Below, piece after piece: positions 38,373 through 50,235 of a stretch of DNA of 64,000 nucleotides. The DNA lies in NCBI GenBank assembly GCA_044892525.1, contig CM097885.1:2792001-2856000 (forward strand), written 5' to 3'. Positions within the stretch are counted from its first letter, which is position 1. The number at the start of each line of letters is the position of its first letter. Below the pieces are notes generated by a model. It was not told the origin of the DNA, made no database searches, and saw only the letters and a list, made by a program, of their open reading frames with translations. The DNA is from Schmidtea polychroa. Taxonomy: Eukaryota. The position numbers and the translations under genes were made by a program.

Positions 38373-38783
38373 ATGACCAAGAAAATTTCAAGCACCGAAA
38401 AACCTAAAGAAATGGTACAACCATTTCAAATGTTCCACAACTACAAAATGTATTTTTTGAAAGAAGAAATCAATATGAAATTGGTTGCACCAGTCAAGCT
38501 AATTCCAACTAAATTTCAATTCTTATCCGGCACGCTTTCAATGATTGATGTCAAAACTATTGATGATGTTTTTAAACGGATAGATTCGAATCTATCGTGT
38601 AATCAACATGCATGGTTCAACAATAGATATGCAAGATTTTATGATGCTTTTGATGAAATCAGTTTCAAAGAAAATGAAAATTGGTATATAACAATTGCAA
38701 TCCAGGGATATAAAGTTGATAATAATGATGTATATTCTCCTATTTGGAAAATTATGTCTGCTAGACTTTCACAAATATTTTAA
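38373..38783 (+). CDS. Hypothetical 136-aa protein, possibly an OB-fold ssDNA-binding protein
   Basis: ORF with upstream CCAAT/TATA and downstream AATAAA; beta-rich aromatic C-terminus WYITIAIQG..YSPIWKI. The fold is inference. Confidence 0.5.
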   Translation: MTKKISSTEKPKEMVQPFQMFHNYKMYFLKEEINMKLVAPVKLIPTKFQFLSGTLSMIDVKTIDDVFKRIDSNLSCNQHAWFNNRYARFYDAFDEISFKENENWYITIAIQGYKVDNNDVYSPIWKIMSARLSQIF

Positions 38784-38910
38784 TGTTATATTTAATAAAT
38801 GTATCAGTCAGATTTGTTTTTTCTCTTTATTAATTGCAACATAAATTCAAATGACATGCAAATTTAACAAAGAAAATCTATAAACAAACTTATAATATAG
38901 TTTTAAAGTG

Positions 38911-39287
38911 ATGAAAATGACTGCAGAAAAAGGTTAACATGATTAATTAATTACCGAATTATTTATTATTTAGAATTTTTAATCAACTTTTTGTTGGAAA
39001 AGTTAGCAGAAATAGCTGGTGTGAAAATTGAGGACATATTATCTATTACAAATGCCTTAAATATCGGCTGGATAGTTGAGAGTCAAGATACAGGATTTGA
39101 TGATCAGGAAGAAGAAACTCAAGAAACTGATACTCAAGAAATTGATGAGGAAATATATGAACCTATAGATGAACCTATAGAGGAGCCTAAAGATGAACCT
39201 AAAGATAATATTACGAATGATTGTATTGATCATGTCGTTGAAAATATAATGAAATGCGGAGATGACGACTGCGAATGTGTTAATTAA
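38911..39287 (+). CDS. Acidic hypothetical protein, 2 exons (intron 38933-38973)
   Basis: MKMTAEK E|FLINFLLEK in-frame splice; E/D-rich EPID repeats; AATAAA overlaps the stop. Confidence 0.55.
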
Positions 39288-39364
39288 TAAATCTTAGTTA
39301 GTTAGTGTTTGTAAATTTATTTAAAATTTTATTTAAAAATGAAACAAAATAACTATATTAATTT

Positions 39365-39879
39365 TTATTTAAAAAATCGCGATAAAGCATGCAAAATAGC
39401 AACACCTGTTGCAAGTTTTATATAGTTTTTAAATTTCATTTTCTGTTCATCTATTTCCTTCGCATTTCTGGCGAGTTGATTCAGTACGCCCCATCCGCCA
39501 TTGGCTTCAATCCATGGTTGAAACTTTGACTTGATTATCTAGAAAATATATATTAATAAAATATAGATTATAAAAGTATTACTTCTTGAGACCACTGATA
39601 ATAATGTTCAGAGTCCCATAAACTTCTTTCGATTATGATCTTCATATAAGCGAACCCTACTAGTATTCGGGTCCACTTCATCTCATCATCGCATAGACAG
39701 TTAAAAATCCTATGAAAATAGAATTTTTTCGTTTCGAGGCAATCGCAATTGAGCATATCTTCATAATCAATATGATTTCCTTCTATAATCTTTTCGGTCC
39801 GATCGACCAGGAAACTGAGGCTTTCCATAATCTTCTTGTTGATAAGTTCGCTTAAAAGATTTTCCATAAAATGAGACAT
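39365..39879 (-). CDS. Bcl-2 family protein, 2 exons (44-nt intron 39539-39582)
   Basis: BH1-like DEMKWTRILVGFAY in exon 1; spliced exon 2 IIKSKFQPWIEANGGW (BH2) and hydrophobic tail YIKLATGVAILHALSRFFK*. Confidence 0.82.
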
Positions 39880-39984
39880 CTCTACAATAATTTAAAATAT
39901 GATGTTTTATTTATACTAATACCGTATGATTTTGATTGGTTGATAGACTATAAATGTAAAAGAAAGGTTTTGATTTGATACACC

Positions 39985-40485
39985 ATGAAAACTATATTCA
40001 TATTGCTAATTATTATAACGAGTGTGTGCTCACACAATACAACAATAACAGTGGAGTCTTTTAATAAATCAATATGTGTTTGTCCGAATACCGCCAAGTT
40101 GATGGATATTTTATATATCCTCGATAAACCAAAATGGTCAAAGCATCCAGGAAAAAGAATATCTCAAAGATTGGAGAATTTAGAAAACAGTTATGAACTA
40201 TCATTTGCATATATACAAAATATAAAAATTAAATTGATTGATCATATTGAAGTTTTCAATAACTCTATTGTTGAAAATAAGAAGAATATGAAAATTATTG
40301 ATAAGAAGCATGATTATTTGTTAAAAAAGATTGAATTATTATTAAGAGAAATTCAAACAATCAAAGGATCAATAGAATATCTGAAAATCAATTCAACGTT
40401 ACCAATTTCAAACAATAATGCTGCGAATAGTAGTACATCAATATTAGGTTTACCTTTGTTAATTTTACATTATTTTTTTGTTTAA
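39985..40485 (+). CDS. Secreted or GPI-anchored coiled-coil glycoprotein
   Basis: Signal-like MKTIFILLIIITSVCS, several N-x-S/T sequons, heptad-rich middle, small-residue stretch plus hydrophobic end NAANSSTSILGLPLLILHYFFV. Confidence 0.6.
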   Translation: MKTIFILLIIITSVCSHNTTITVESFNKSICVCPNTAKLMDILYILDKPKWSKHPGKRISQRLENLENSYELSFAYIQNIKIKLIDHIEVFNNSIVENKKNMKIIDKKHDYLLKKIELLLREIQTIKGSIEYLKINSTLPISNNNAANSSTSILGLPLLILHYFFV

Positions 40486-40647
40486 ATAAATGTATGTTTT
40501 GTTGATTTGTTTAATAATACCCTTGTGAGTTGTTGAGGGTGAGCAGTACCCTTTTGAGCATTACCCATAGGGGGAGAAAATATTTTGTCGGATAAACTCG
40601 GGGCAGTACCCTTGCGAGCAATACCCAATAATAATAATAATAATAAC

Positions 40648-40734
<87 letters not shown>

Positions 40735-40869
40735 TTAAGTCTTACCTGATTGGGTGAATGATAAATCACCCGCAAATTTCTTCATATAATTAAAGTCTTA
40801 CCTGATTGGGTGAATGATAAATCACCCGCAAATTTCTTCATAAAATTTGCTATAAATTTGCTATAAATT

Positions 40870-41439
40870 AGTGTCTGACTAAAAAATTAATAACCTTTAT
40901 ACTACTAATGATAAAAATTATTTCTATGGCTCAAAAGATTTGTCTTCGTCGGGGCTTCAAAATGAACTATAAAATGTTAAAATACTTTGAGATTTAGACT
41001 ACGTTTTGGGCTGACGAAAAGTAGGACTCCGCCAGCACAGATAATAATATTTTTGAAAAATAATAATAATTTTTTCATCAATCAGTGTCTGACTAAAAAA
41101 TTATTTTTATGGTTCAAAAGATAGATCTCCGTTTGGGCTTCAAAATGAACTATAAATTTTTAAAATATTTTAAGTTTCAGATTATGGTTTGGGGTCACGA
41201 AAAGTAGGACTCCGCGAGCACAGTTAATAATATTTTTGAAAAATAATAATAATTTTTTATGAGTCATCGGATGAGTCATTGTCTTTGTTCTAGACGAGTG
41301 ATGAGTCATCGGATGACTCATTGTCTTTGTTCTCAAGTCGACCTTGAAAAAAAAATTTTAAAAAATTTTTTCCTGCCGGGGGGGGGGGGGGGTACTGTGC
41401 TCGCGGAGTCCAGTTTTCCCGGTGCCCAAACCACCTACT
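40870..41439 (-). repeat. Polinton right terminal region (duplicated ~190-bp unit, TGA(G/C)TCA repeats, G-run, terminus)
   Basis: Minus strand reads AGTAGGTGG..GGACTCCGCGAGCACAGTACCCCCC..GGAAAAAATTTT..TCAAGGTCG, the same layout as 24663. Confidence 0.7.
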
Positions 41440-42724
41440 TGTATATATAATATCCATAAAATATTAATATTTTTCAAAATCACTGAACCATAAGATCCCT
41501 CCAACAAAAAAATCACAATTGAGCAATGCTGCGAGAAAACTTATATGTATCAAATTTGATTCCGGCCAAAGCGTAAAAAAAATTGCTGCAGATCTCGTTA
41601 TGAACTATAAAACTGTTTATAGTATTATTAGCATTTACAAGACGACAGGAAGGATTGATAAAATGGAAGATAGAGGGTGCAAGTCCAAAAAATTGAGCGA
41701 AGAGCATTTAGTTTTTCTAAAAGAAAAAATTTCCGATGATTGTTCTACTCCGTTCAGAGGTATGAAAAGAGGTTTGAGTGAGTCTATGAATGTTAACGTA
41801 TCGTTGGCCACAATTCATAGGTCAATCAAAGACTTTAATTTTTCTTTTAAACGAGTAGCCTTAATTCCCGCTGCCCGCAACACTGCGGAAGCTATTGAGC
41901 GCAGGTATGAGTATGCCAATGAATATTTGGCATTAAACGAGGACCATGTCTTTTTCCTTGATGAAAGCGGTTTCAATTGCTCGATGAGATTGGGATATGG
42001 ACGAAGCGAAGTAGGGTCGCCTGCTCGCAAAGAAGTGAGAAGTATACGAAGTAAAAACTATTCAGTGTGCTCAGCAATCAGCAAAATGTAGATTTTGAAT
42101 TTTAAAGTTGTAGAAGGTGGATACAATGCAGAGATGTTTACAAATTTTGTCGCCCAATTTATAGGAAATCTACGATCGAAAGGAATATCGACAGGTACGA
42201 TTATAATGGATAATTGTACAATACATAAAAGTGTTGGCGTACGCGATTTGATCAACAATTCTGGATTTACGTTACGCTTTTTACCCTCTAATTCGCCGCA
42301 ATTAAATCCGATTGAAGAGTGTTTCTCGAAATGGAAATCAATTGTCAAATCGGCTAACGTTCTAAATGTAATCGAGTTGAAAAACGCTATTGAAATGGGA
42401 CACAATTCGATAACCACGGAGGATTGTATCGGATTTTTCAACGACACGAGAAGGTTTGCATTAAAGGCGGTAAGAAGAGAAGAATTCTGATTAAAAGTTT
42501 TAACTACCAATTTTTACTCTATCATGATTTCATTTAAAGTGTATATAATATTTTATTACCCATAAAAATTCTGAATTCAATTTAAAACAGTTCTGATTTC
42601 TATTAAAGAAATTCTGACTTCAATTGAAAAAAATTCTGATTTCATTTGAAAAAATTCTGATTTCATTTGAAAAAATTCTGAATTCATTTGAAAAAAATCT
42701 GATTTCAATTGAAAAAACCCTGTA
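41440..42724 (+). mobile_element. Tc1/IS630 element, left end replaced by the Polinton terminus
   Basis: Subterminal AAATTCTGATTTCA(A/T)TTGAA repeats at 42566-42716 ending CCCTG+TA. Confidence 0.7.
41519..42490 (+). pseudogene. Tc1/IS630-family DD34E transposase with one in-frame stop (42089-42091)
   Basis: HTH N-terminus; FFLDESGF, IMDNCTIH, LPSNSPQLNPIEE (34 residues between D and E). Confidence 0.9.
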
Positions 42725-45700
42725 TTATATTTGAACATTTAGCTAATGAAAAAGTGAATAAATTTATGAAATGTTACATTATTTAATATTAAATCATTTC
42801 AGTAGCTCTTAATAAAATATAACAAATTAAGTGAAGGTTTCAATGCCTTACGCCTTAGGGATTCATGCCATTTTGTATTTCATTGCAACCTTCTGTGGAT
42901 CTCAATTTGCTAATTCTGTCATTTTTATTGTTGACGCACAAAGATATAAATTATTTTCAGGTATTTCTTTTTCATTTATTTATCTTTTCCTATTGCGCTT
43001 ATGTGAAAATACGGAAAGATAAATTGCCTAAAGGTTCCTGATTAGATATTAGTTTGTGTGTATGTGAAACATTTTACATATTTTATATAATATATTTCTA
43101 TTTATTATTATATTAAATAAAATCAAAGACAGAAGGCAGATTTACTAATTGATAAGCGCAACTAAATATATTGCATAACATCACATATATATTTTGACCG
43201 TTTAGCAATCCCCTTCACGCTAGAAATCGTATTAATAACAACTAAATGAAAATAAGACAATTTTTAATAAAATCTTTTTTTTGGAAATATAAACATTTCT
43301 GTAAAAATGATCGAGTAAAGGAGTTGATTAAATGTGTTATTGAATTAGTCAAGTAGTATATAATGAGGACTCCAGGACACTTTCAAGGTCATGGAATATC
43401 AAGATCAAATATAGGTCAATTGAATCATTTATTATTATTATTATTATTTTATTTTTTTTTTTAAATTAACATTTTATTTAATTACTTCTTTTTAATTTTT
43501 TCTTTATAATTTTATTAATTAATTATTTTATGATGTTATATTTTAATTACTTACTTTAGTTAATTTTTAATTTATTACATTTAATTAATTAATTTGTTTT
43601 TTAATATTTTGTTTTAATTACTAACGTTATTTAATTATTATTATTATTATTTATTTTATTTATTTATTTTTTTTTTAATTTTACATTTACATTATATTCT
43701 AACAAGAACGTAAATTATAACAATAATATTTCAATTTGAATAAAATTTTAATTAGTAATTATTCAATTCGAATAAAATATGAATAAAATCCTAAGAAAAT
43801 TACGTTAACTGTATGAAAAATACAAATTTATCGTAAAAACATATGTGTATTACACACAACATACGAGACGTAATTTTCTTAGGATTTTATTCATATAATA
43901 TATAGATAAAATTTAATTTTCTATAAAATGGATTGATTAGAAATTATGTATCTTGTTTTGCGTGTAATACACACATGTTTTATGATAAATTTGTATTTAT
44001 TATACGTTAACGTAATTTCCTTGGATATTTATTCATATATTATATAGATAAAATTTAATTTTCTATAAAATGGATTGATCTAGAGTTTAAAATGTTGTAT
44101 TATTTTATTACTTTGTTGCAATATTTTTATAATCTTATAACAATTTGCTTAAATATCTTACATCTGGTGAAATATTTCCGAAATATGTTATTACTTTGTT
44201 GTAATTTACTGAAAGACTTCACAATTTATTACAATATTCTTTTTAATTTGTTGTCCGTCTTCGAAATAATGTATTGATTTGTCCCAATTAACATCATTAT
44301 TTTATTACTTTGTTGCAATATTTTTATTATTTTAGTTACAATTTGATAAATATTTTACAACTTTGTTGAAATTTTCTGAAATATGTTACTACTTTGTTGT
44401 AATATTTTCTAATCTTGTTACAATTTGCTTAAATATTTTACAACTGTTGAAAATTTATCTGAAATATGTTATTACTTTGTTACAATTTTATGAAAACGTT
44501 ATTACTGTTTTGCAATTTGATGAAAAATGATATTACTTTGTGGGTTCATCACATTATTTTTTATTAAATTATTATGAAAATGTTAAATAAGTCAACTTTA
44601 GCATCAAAATGTGTTTTAAAATATATTGAACTTTTAAAATACTGCAACGTAATGCATTTATTTTTCCTACCCCTTCCTTGATTTTGATTGGTCAGAATTT
44701 AATCATGTGTAATATATAAGCAGTAACTTTTCAAATGTTTGTCATTTAAACTTTTAATTTAACTTATATAAGTGAATAATTTTTTATTCTCTATCTAATA
44801 TTAATGATTATTTTCTTTTAGTGAACGGATGCAGTTTATATAAATTTTGTATTGCCGAAAGTCATGAAGATGTGGAGAACTGTAAATCAGTTACTCTACC
44901 TTATCGGGTTACATATGTCCGGAATGTCTCATTATATCACCAGGTAGGTGGTTAATGTTTGTACGACAACACGGACACCATCTTAGAAGATTCGAAGAAA
45001 CGAAGAGCAGGATGATCACTAAAAGTAATACTCTTTCTACTATTAACAATTATTAATTTTTTATAGTACAATCGAAAATGAACACATCATACGATCCTAA
45101 GCAGATTAAAGAATATGTTACAAGTTATGTTATTTAAGTTGTTTAATATTAATTATAAATATAGTTAGACCGTACTTGATTTATCCAAACTTCGCATGTA
45201 CCAATTTCAATATAAAGAACTACAGAGTTATAAAGAAGAATTCAATTGTCAAATTAATGTCGTAGCTGGTGACACAGATTCCTTCTTTTTAAAGTGTAAA
45301 AATGTAGATTTACGCTTACAACTATATCCAAAAATGATTGAAGATGGCCTCCTAGATACTTCAAATTATCCAGTGACCGATCCGTTGTTCTCTGATAAAA
45401 TCTGTTCTGTAATCGGGAAAGTTAAGGATGAGAATAAAGGAAATCAATATAAAGAATGGGTGTTTCTTCGACTTAAGTGCTACTCACTCCAAGGCGATAA
45501 AAACACTCTAAAAGCCAAAGGAATAAGACTTACAAATTCTAATATTACACATGAAGCCTATAAAAAAGTGTATACTGATGGTGGAACAGTGAGCATCCCA
45601 CAAAAAAGAATAGGAAGTGTCAATCATCAGTTGTATACTTTCATGACAGAAAAACGAGCTCTCCAATGTTTGGACGATAAAAGGTATTGGTACAATTGTA

Positions 45701-46369
45701 ATGAAAGTTATGCCTACGGTCACTATAAGATTCACCAAATGCATATTGCAACTGCTATGTCTAGAAATGAATGCAAATCGAAACAAGCACTTTAACAATT
45801 AAATTTATGTGAATAATAAAATATATATTGTGAATAATTTGTCTTCGTTAATTAAAATATGTTTTATCATTTAATAATTCATTTGTCCAATTATTTTAGA
45901 TAATTAGTTTCAAGTAAGAAATATTATTTTCGTGTTTATTTTATTTATTTATTTATTTTTTCCGGTTTATCTAAAATTACATCATCGTTTTATTTTATAA
46001 TAAATTAAATAATTTCTAATTAAAATTTTATTCGAATTGAATAATTACTAATTAAAATTTTATTCAAATTGAAATATTATTGTTATAATTTACGTTCTTG
46101 TTAGAATATAATGTAAATGTAAAATTAAAAAAAAAATAAATAAATAAATAAATAAAATAAATAATAATAATAATAATTAAATAACGTTAGTAATTAAAAC
46201 AAAATATTAAAAAACAAATTAATTAATTAAATGTAATAAATTAAAAATTAAATAAAGTAAGTAATTAAAAATATAACATCATAAAATAATTAATTAATAA
46301 AATTAAAGAGAAAAAAAAATAAATAAAATAAATAAATAGAAGTAATTAAATAAAATTAAAATTAAAAAA

Positions 46370-46402
<33 letters not shown>

Positions 46403-47515
46403 TAAATAGCGAAGGTAATTAAAATAAAATATTAATAAACTAATGAATTAATTAAATGTAATAAATTAAAAATTAACTAAAGTAAGTAATTAAAATATAA
46501 CATCATAAAATAATTAATTAATAAAATTATAAAGAAAAAATTAAAAAGAAGTAATTAAATAAAATGTTAATTTAAAAAAAAAAATAAAATAATAATAATA
46601 ATAATAAATGATTCAATTGACCTATATTTGATCTTGATATTCCATGACCTTGAAAGTGTCCTGGAGTCCTCATTATATACTACTTGACTAATTCAATAAC
46701 ACATTTAATCAACTCCTTTACTCGATCATTTTTACAGAAATGTTTATATTTCCAAAAAAAAGATTTTATTAAAAATTGTCTTATTTTCATTTAGTTGTTA
46801 TTAATACGATTTCTAGCGTGAAGGGGATTGCTAAACGGTCAAAATATATATGTGATGTTATGCAATATATTTAGTTGCGCTTATCAATTAGTAAATCTGC
46901 CTTCTGTCTTTGATTTTATTTAATATAATAATAAATAGAAATATATTATATAAAATATGTAAAATGTTTCACATACACACAAACTAATATCTAATCAGGA
47001 ACCTTTAGGCAATTTATCTTTCCGTATTTTCACATAAGCGCAATAGGAAAAGATAAATAAATGAAAAAGAAATACCTGAAAATAATTTATATCTTTGTGC
47101 GTCAACAATAAAAATGACAGAATTAGCAAATTGAGATCCACAGAAGGTTGCAATGAAATACAAAATGGCATGAATCCCTAAGGCGTAAGGCATTGAAACC
47201 TTCACTTAATTTGTTATCTACCCACTAGTATACTGTGAGCTTACCGTGCCAATATTACTATGCCCCTTGTGTATATTACACAATTATCGGGTAGCTGATG
47301 GTGACGTAATCATGCGCATTTTTATGTAACCGCTGGAATTTACATAAACCATGTGATCATCATATGTAATCATCTAGTTTGGTTTGACAGTTTTAATGAA
47401 CACTTGTCGGGATTTTAGATCTTTTTAAGAGCTACTGAAATGATTTAATATTAAATAATGTAACATCTCATAAATTTATTCACTTTTTCATTAGCTTAAT
47501 GTTCAAATATAATAT
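42723..47515. repeat. Large foldback: inverted arms ~42723-43778 and ~46025-47515
   Basis: Identical 63-aa ORFs on opposite strands (42831+ and 47014-); the right arm is interrupted at 47220-47418 by a copy of 7512-7702. Confidence 0.9.
45168..45795 (+). pseudogene. C-terminal fragment of a Polinton pPolB (polymerase motif C onward)
   Basis: VLDLSKLRMY, AGDTDSFF, LDTSNYP, IGKVKDE, LRLKCYS, KAKGI, KRAL..DDKRY, AYGH. Confidence 0.88.
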
Positions 47516-48754
47516 TATTAAAACAAAAAAATGATTTCATGTAAATTAATATTTAAATTCACAAATTTGATAAATTTTATGAATGAATTTTATTTATAAA
47601 TAAACAAAGAAATTTATCTTTAAAATCCTGAAAATATAAAAAATTAAAGATAATAAGACATCCAGGTGGATCTTAACTCAAGAGTACAAGAAATTTTTTA
47701 GGAACCTAAAATTCGTCAGGTACATCTGAAGTAAAAGGTTCTTAAAATCAAACTTGCAGTTGTTGAGATATTAATAGAGTTTCGGTTGGCAAACAACTCC
47801 GAATCTGACCAGTGTGTTGTATTGTGCTAGAGTCGCTAATATATTATTGAGTCAACGAATAACGTCATTATTACAGGCATCTTTATCATGAGTGCTTCGC
47901 ATCTTTGGCACCCTCATTCGTCCACGCTTGAAATGATTGACCATAATATTAGTAAATATTTCTCAACTCCAACCCCCCATCATAAAATTTTACCTACATC
48001 ACTAGTTGTGATATTAATAGAGGTACGTTGCCAAATAACACAGAATCTGGCGAGTGAGTTATTTTAACGTCCTAGAGTCGCTGATAGATTTGTCATTAAC
48101 TCTTACTTAAACGCCTCTATGAATATTTTACATTTTACCATCAATATACCCATGCCAACCTTTATGTTTGGAATGTACACAGTCGTTGAAAATCATTCAG
48201 CATGTGAACTCAATTTCTAAAGGTGGGTTCGAAGATCGCAGGATTAAAATTATTATGAATTTTTGAACATTTGGAAAATTTTATGATTTCAATTTAAAGG
48301 TTTTATTTATTTGTGAAATTTAATAAACGTTATAAGAATTAGTTATTTGTTGTATTTTTATGGTAAATATTTAATTATTTTAATAGTTAATTACAAAGAT
48401 ACAATTTGCACTCACCACAAGCAATTTGATCAAACATACCCCAACAGTCCCAATACAAATGTTAAAGTTTACTCTGCTGAGCTCTACAAATTATTTTACT
48501 ACAATCAACCATAGCAACATAATAGTGGTCATAAGTTAAAGGTTAGCTTCTCTCAAGGACTGCTAATGTCCTGACGTGTCTCTAGGTTCCCAGAAATATC
48601 ATAGAAGATGCAGCATCCTATTTTATATGTCCCTATCATTATTATATTCACTTGACCTATCTATTTGTCGTTTCTTGATACTTCAAATTCCTGAATTTGG
48701 ATTTTTACTTAAATAAATAGGGATCTGAAGTTGAAAACGCAAGATTAAACTATC

Positions 48755-50235
48755 AGTGCACACCCGCATTATCCCATAGGCACAATTGGCACAGTGTCTA
48801 GGGCCTACAAACTGTAAATGGCCTACAAAAATGTATACATATTATTATTTACGAAAAGTTGATATAATAAATATTCAACCAAAGCATGAAAAGAAAAACT
48901 TCACTTAATCCAAAATAATTCAAAATTTATTTTCAAAAAACCAAAAAAAAATCATTAATTTAGTAAACAGTTTATTTAATTATTACCTAAACTAACCTTC
49001 CTACATTTTTATTGGTGAATTCGACAATAACATATTCGAAACTAATTTCTCGCATTAAATCACTTTCAATTGATAAAAGCGTAAGAGATGATAATCGTTC
49101 CTGTCCCATAGTTGATCGGAGGCAATTTTTTATTCTTTTAAGCTTTGAAAAGCTCCGCTCCCCTTCCACATTCGTTCCAAATAGCGATAAATAAATTCTT
49201 AACACAATATTTACATTAGGAAAACTGGTAACTAGTTTATCATTTATTTGTACAATTATCATTTCCTTCACTAATTTTTTATTCTCATACATTTGTGAAA
49301 ATAATAAAAACTCGTCAACAAATGCATCTTCAACATCTGAAGAATATATTTGCACTAACTGGTTTGCTTTCGAAACTATTTCATTATTTGTTTAACTTCT
49401 GTCCACCAAAAAATTAAACCTTTCATATAACATTTGATATGCTCCAAGTCGCTTACGCATTTCAATTATAAGTCTATCTACTATTATATAAAAAGATTCT
49501 ATACGAAATTTGTCACTTGCACTTAGCCTCAAGCTAGGATCTGTGTTGTCTAAAACTTCATCAAAAAATCTATGTCGTGTTCGTTTACGTTGTGTATATT
49601 CTTTATATTCGGAAGATGTAAGCTTTTTTGCCATGGTTTCAAATTTATCAAACTCTAAACGAATATCATGAAAGTAAGTTATGAGAGTATCAAATAATTT
49701 TACAATATTGCATAAATCTGTCAGTCTCCTGCAAAGCTTTATTGACAATATTAATATTTTGTAATAAATCATTCCAAATAACACACATCAATGCTGTTTC
49801 AAAATTGTTCAGCTTTTTTTATTAAAGATTTCGCTTCCTGCACAGCCACAGCAGGTTGACGTTCGCTTTCAGTTATTTCAAACAATGCTTGTTGAATTTC
49901 TGAATAATTCATAAATAGAGCCTTAGTAAAATCATGTCGAATAGACCATCTGGTTTCTGATAAATATTTAACAACACAAGTATTTTCTTTCATATTCTCT
50001 TTAAATATGGACCATCTTTGTGGTGAAGCACAAAAAAAGTGTATATTGCTTGTAAAATTCCAAAAAACTTTACTGCTTCAAAGCAAAACTCCACAGCAGT
50101 TGAACTTACCAAATTAAGACTTTGGGCAGCACATGGAACGCATTCAGCCAGACTATTTATTTCTCTAAATCTAGCTTGTACACCTGCATATATGCCGCTC
50201 ATATTACTGGCGTTATGATATGATTGGGGGCTGCA
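48755..50235 (-). pseudogene. hAT (Tip100/ZMYM1-like) transposase pseudogene with 3' end
   Basis: NASNMSG...GVQ, VPCAAQSLNL, SETRWS, GERSFSKLKRIKN.LRSTMGQERLS.L.LLSIE; several frameshifts. Confidence 0.88.

Larger units (their letters stand above)
29700..41439. mobile_element. Polinton/Maverick (adintovirus-like) endogenous element core, without pPolB
   Basis: ATPase, integrase, mCP, MCP and protease in one block; right terminus reads AGTAGG.. on the minus strand from 41439. Confidence 0.9.

Noticed and set aside
38991..39879. E1A-like LxCxE Rb-binding motif in the acidic or Bcl-2-like ORFs
   Set aside because: Only LNCDC and DDCEC are present; no true LxCxE.
24663..41439. 24663 and 41439 as the matched TIR pair of one intact Polinton
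   Set aside because: Same layout but different sequence, and the flanks (TTTTAA vs TGTATA) are not a TSD; more likely a chimera or nested elements.
42831..43022. Identical 63-aa ORFs at 42831(+) and 47014(-), and 60-aa ORFs at 58485/61031, as genes
   Set aside because: Short, no domains, partly non-ATG starts; the identity just reflects inverted repeats.
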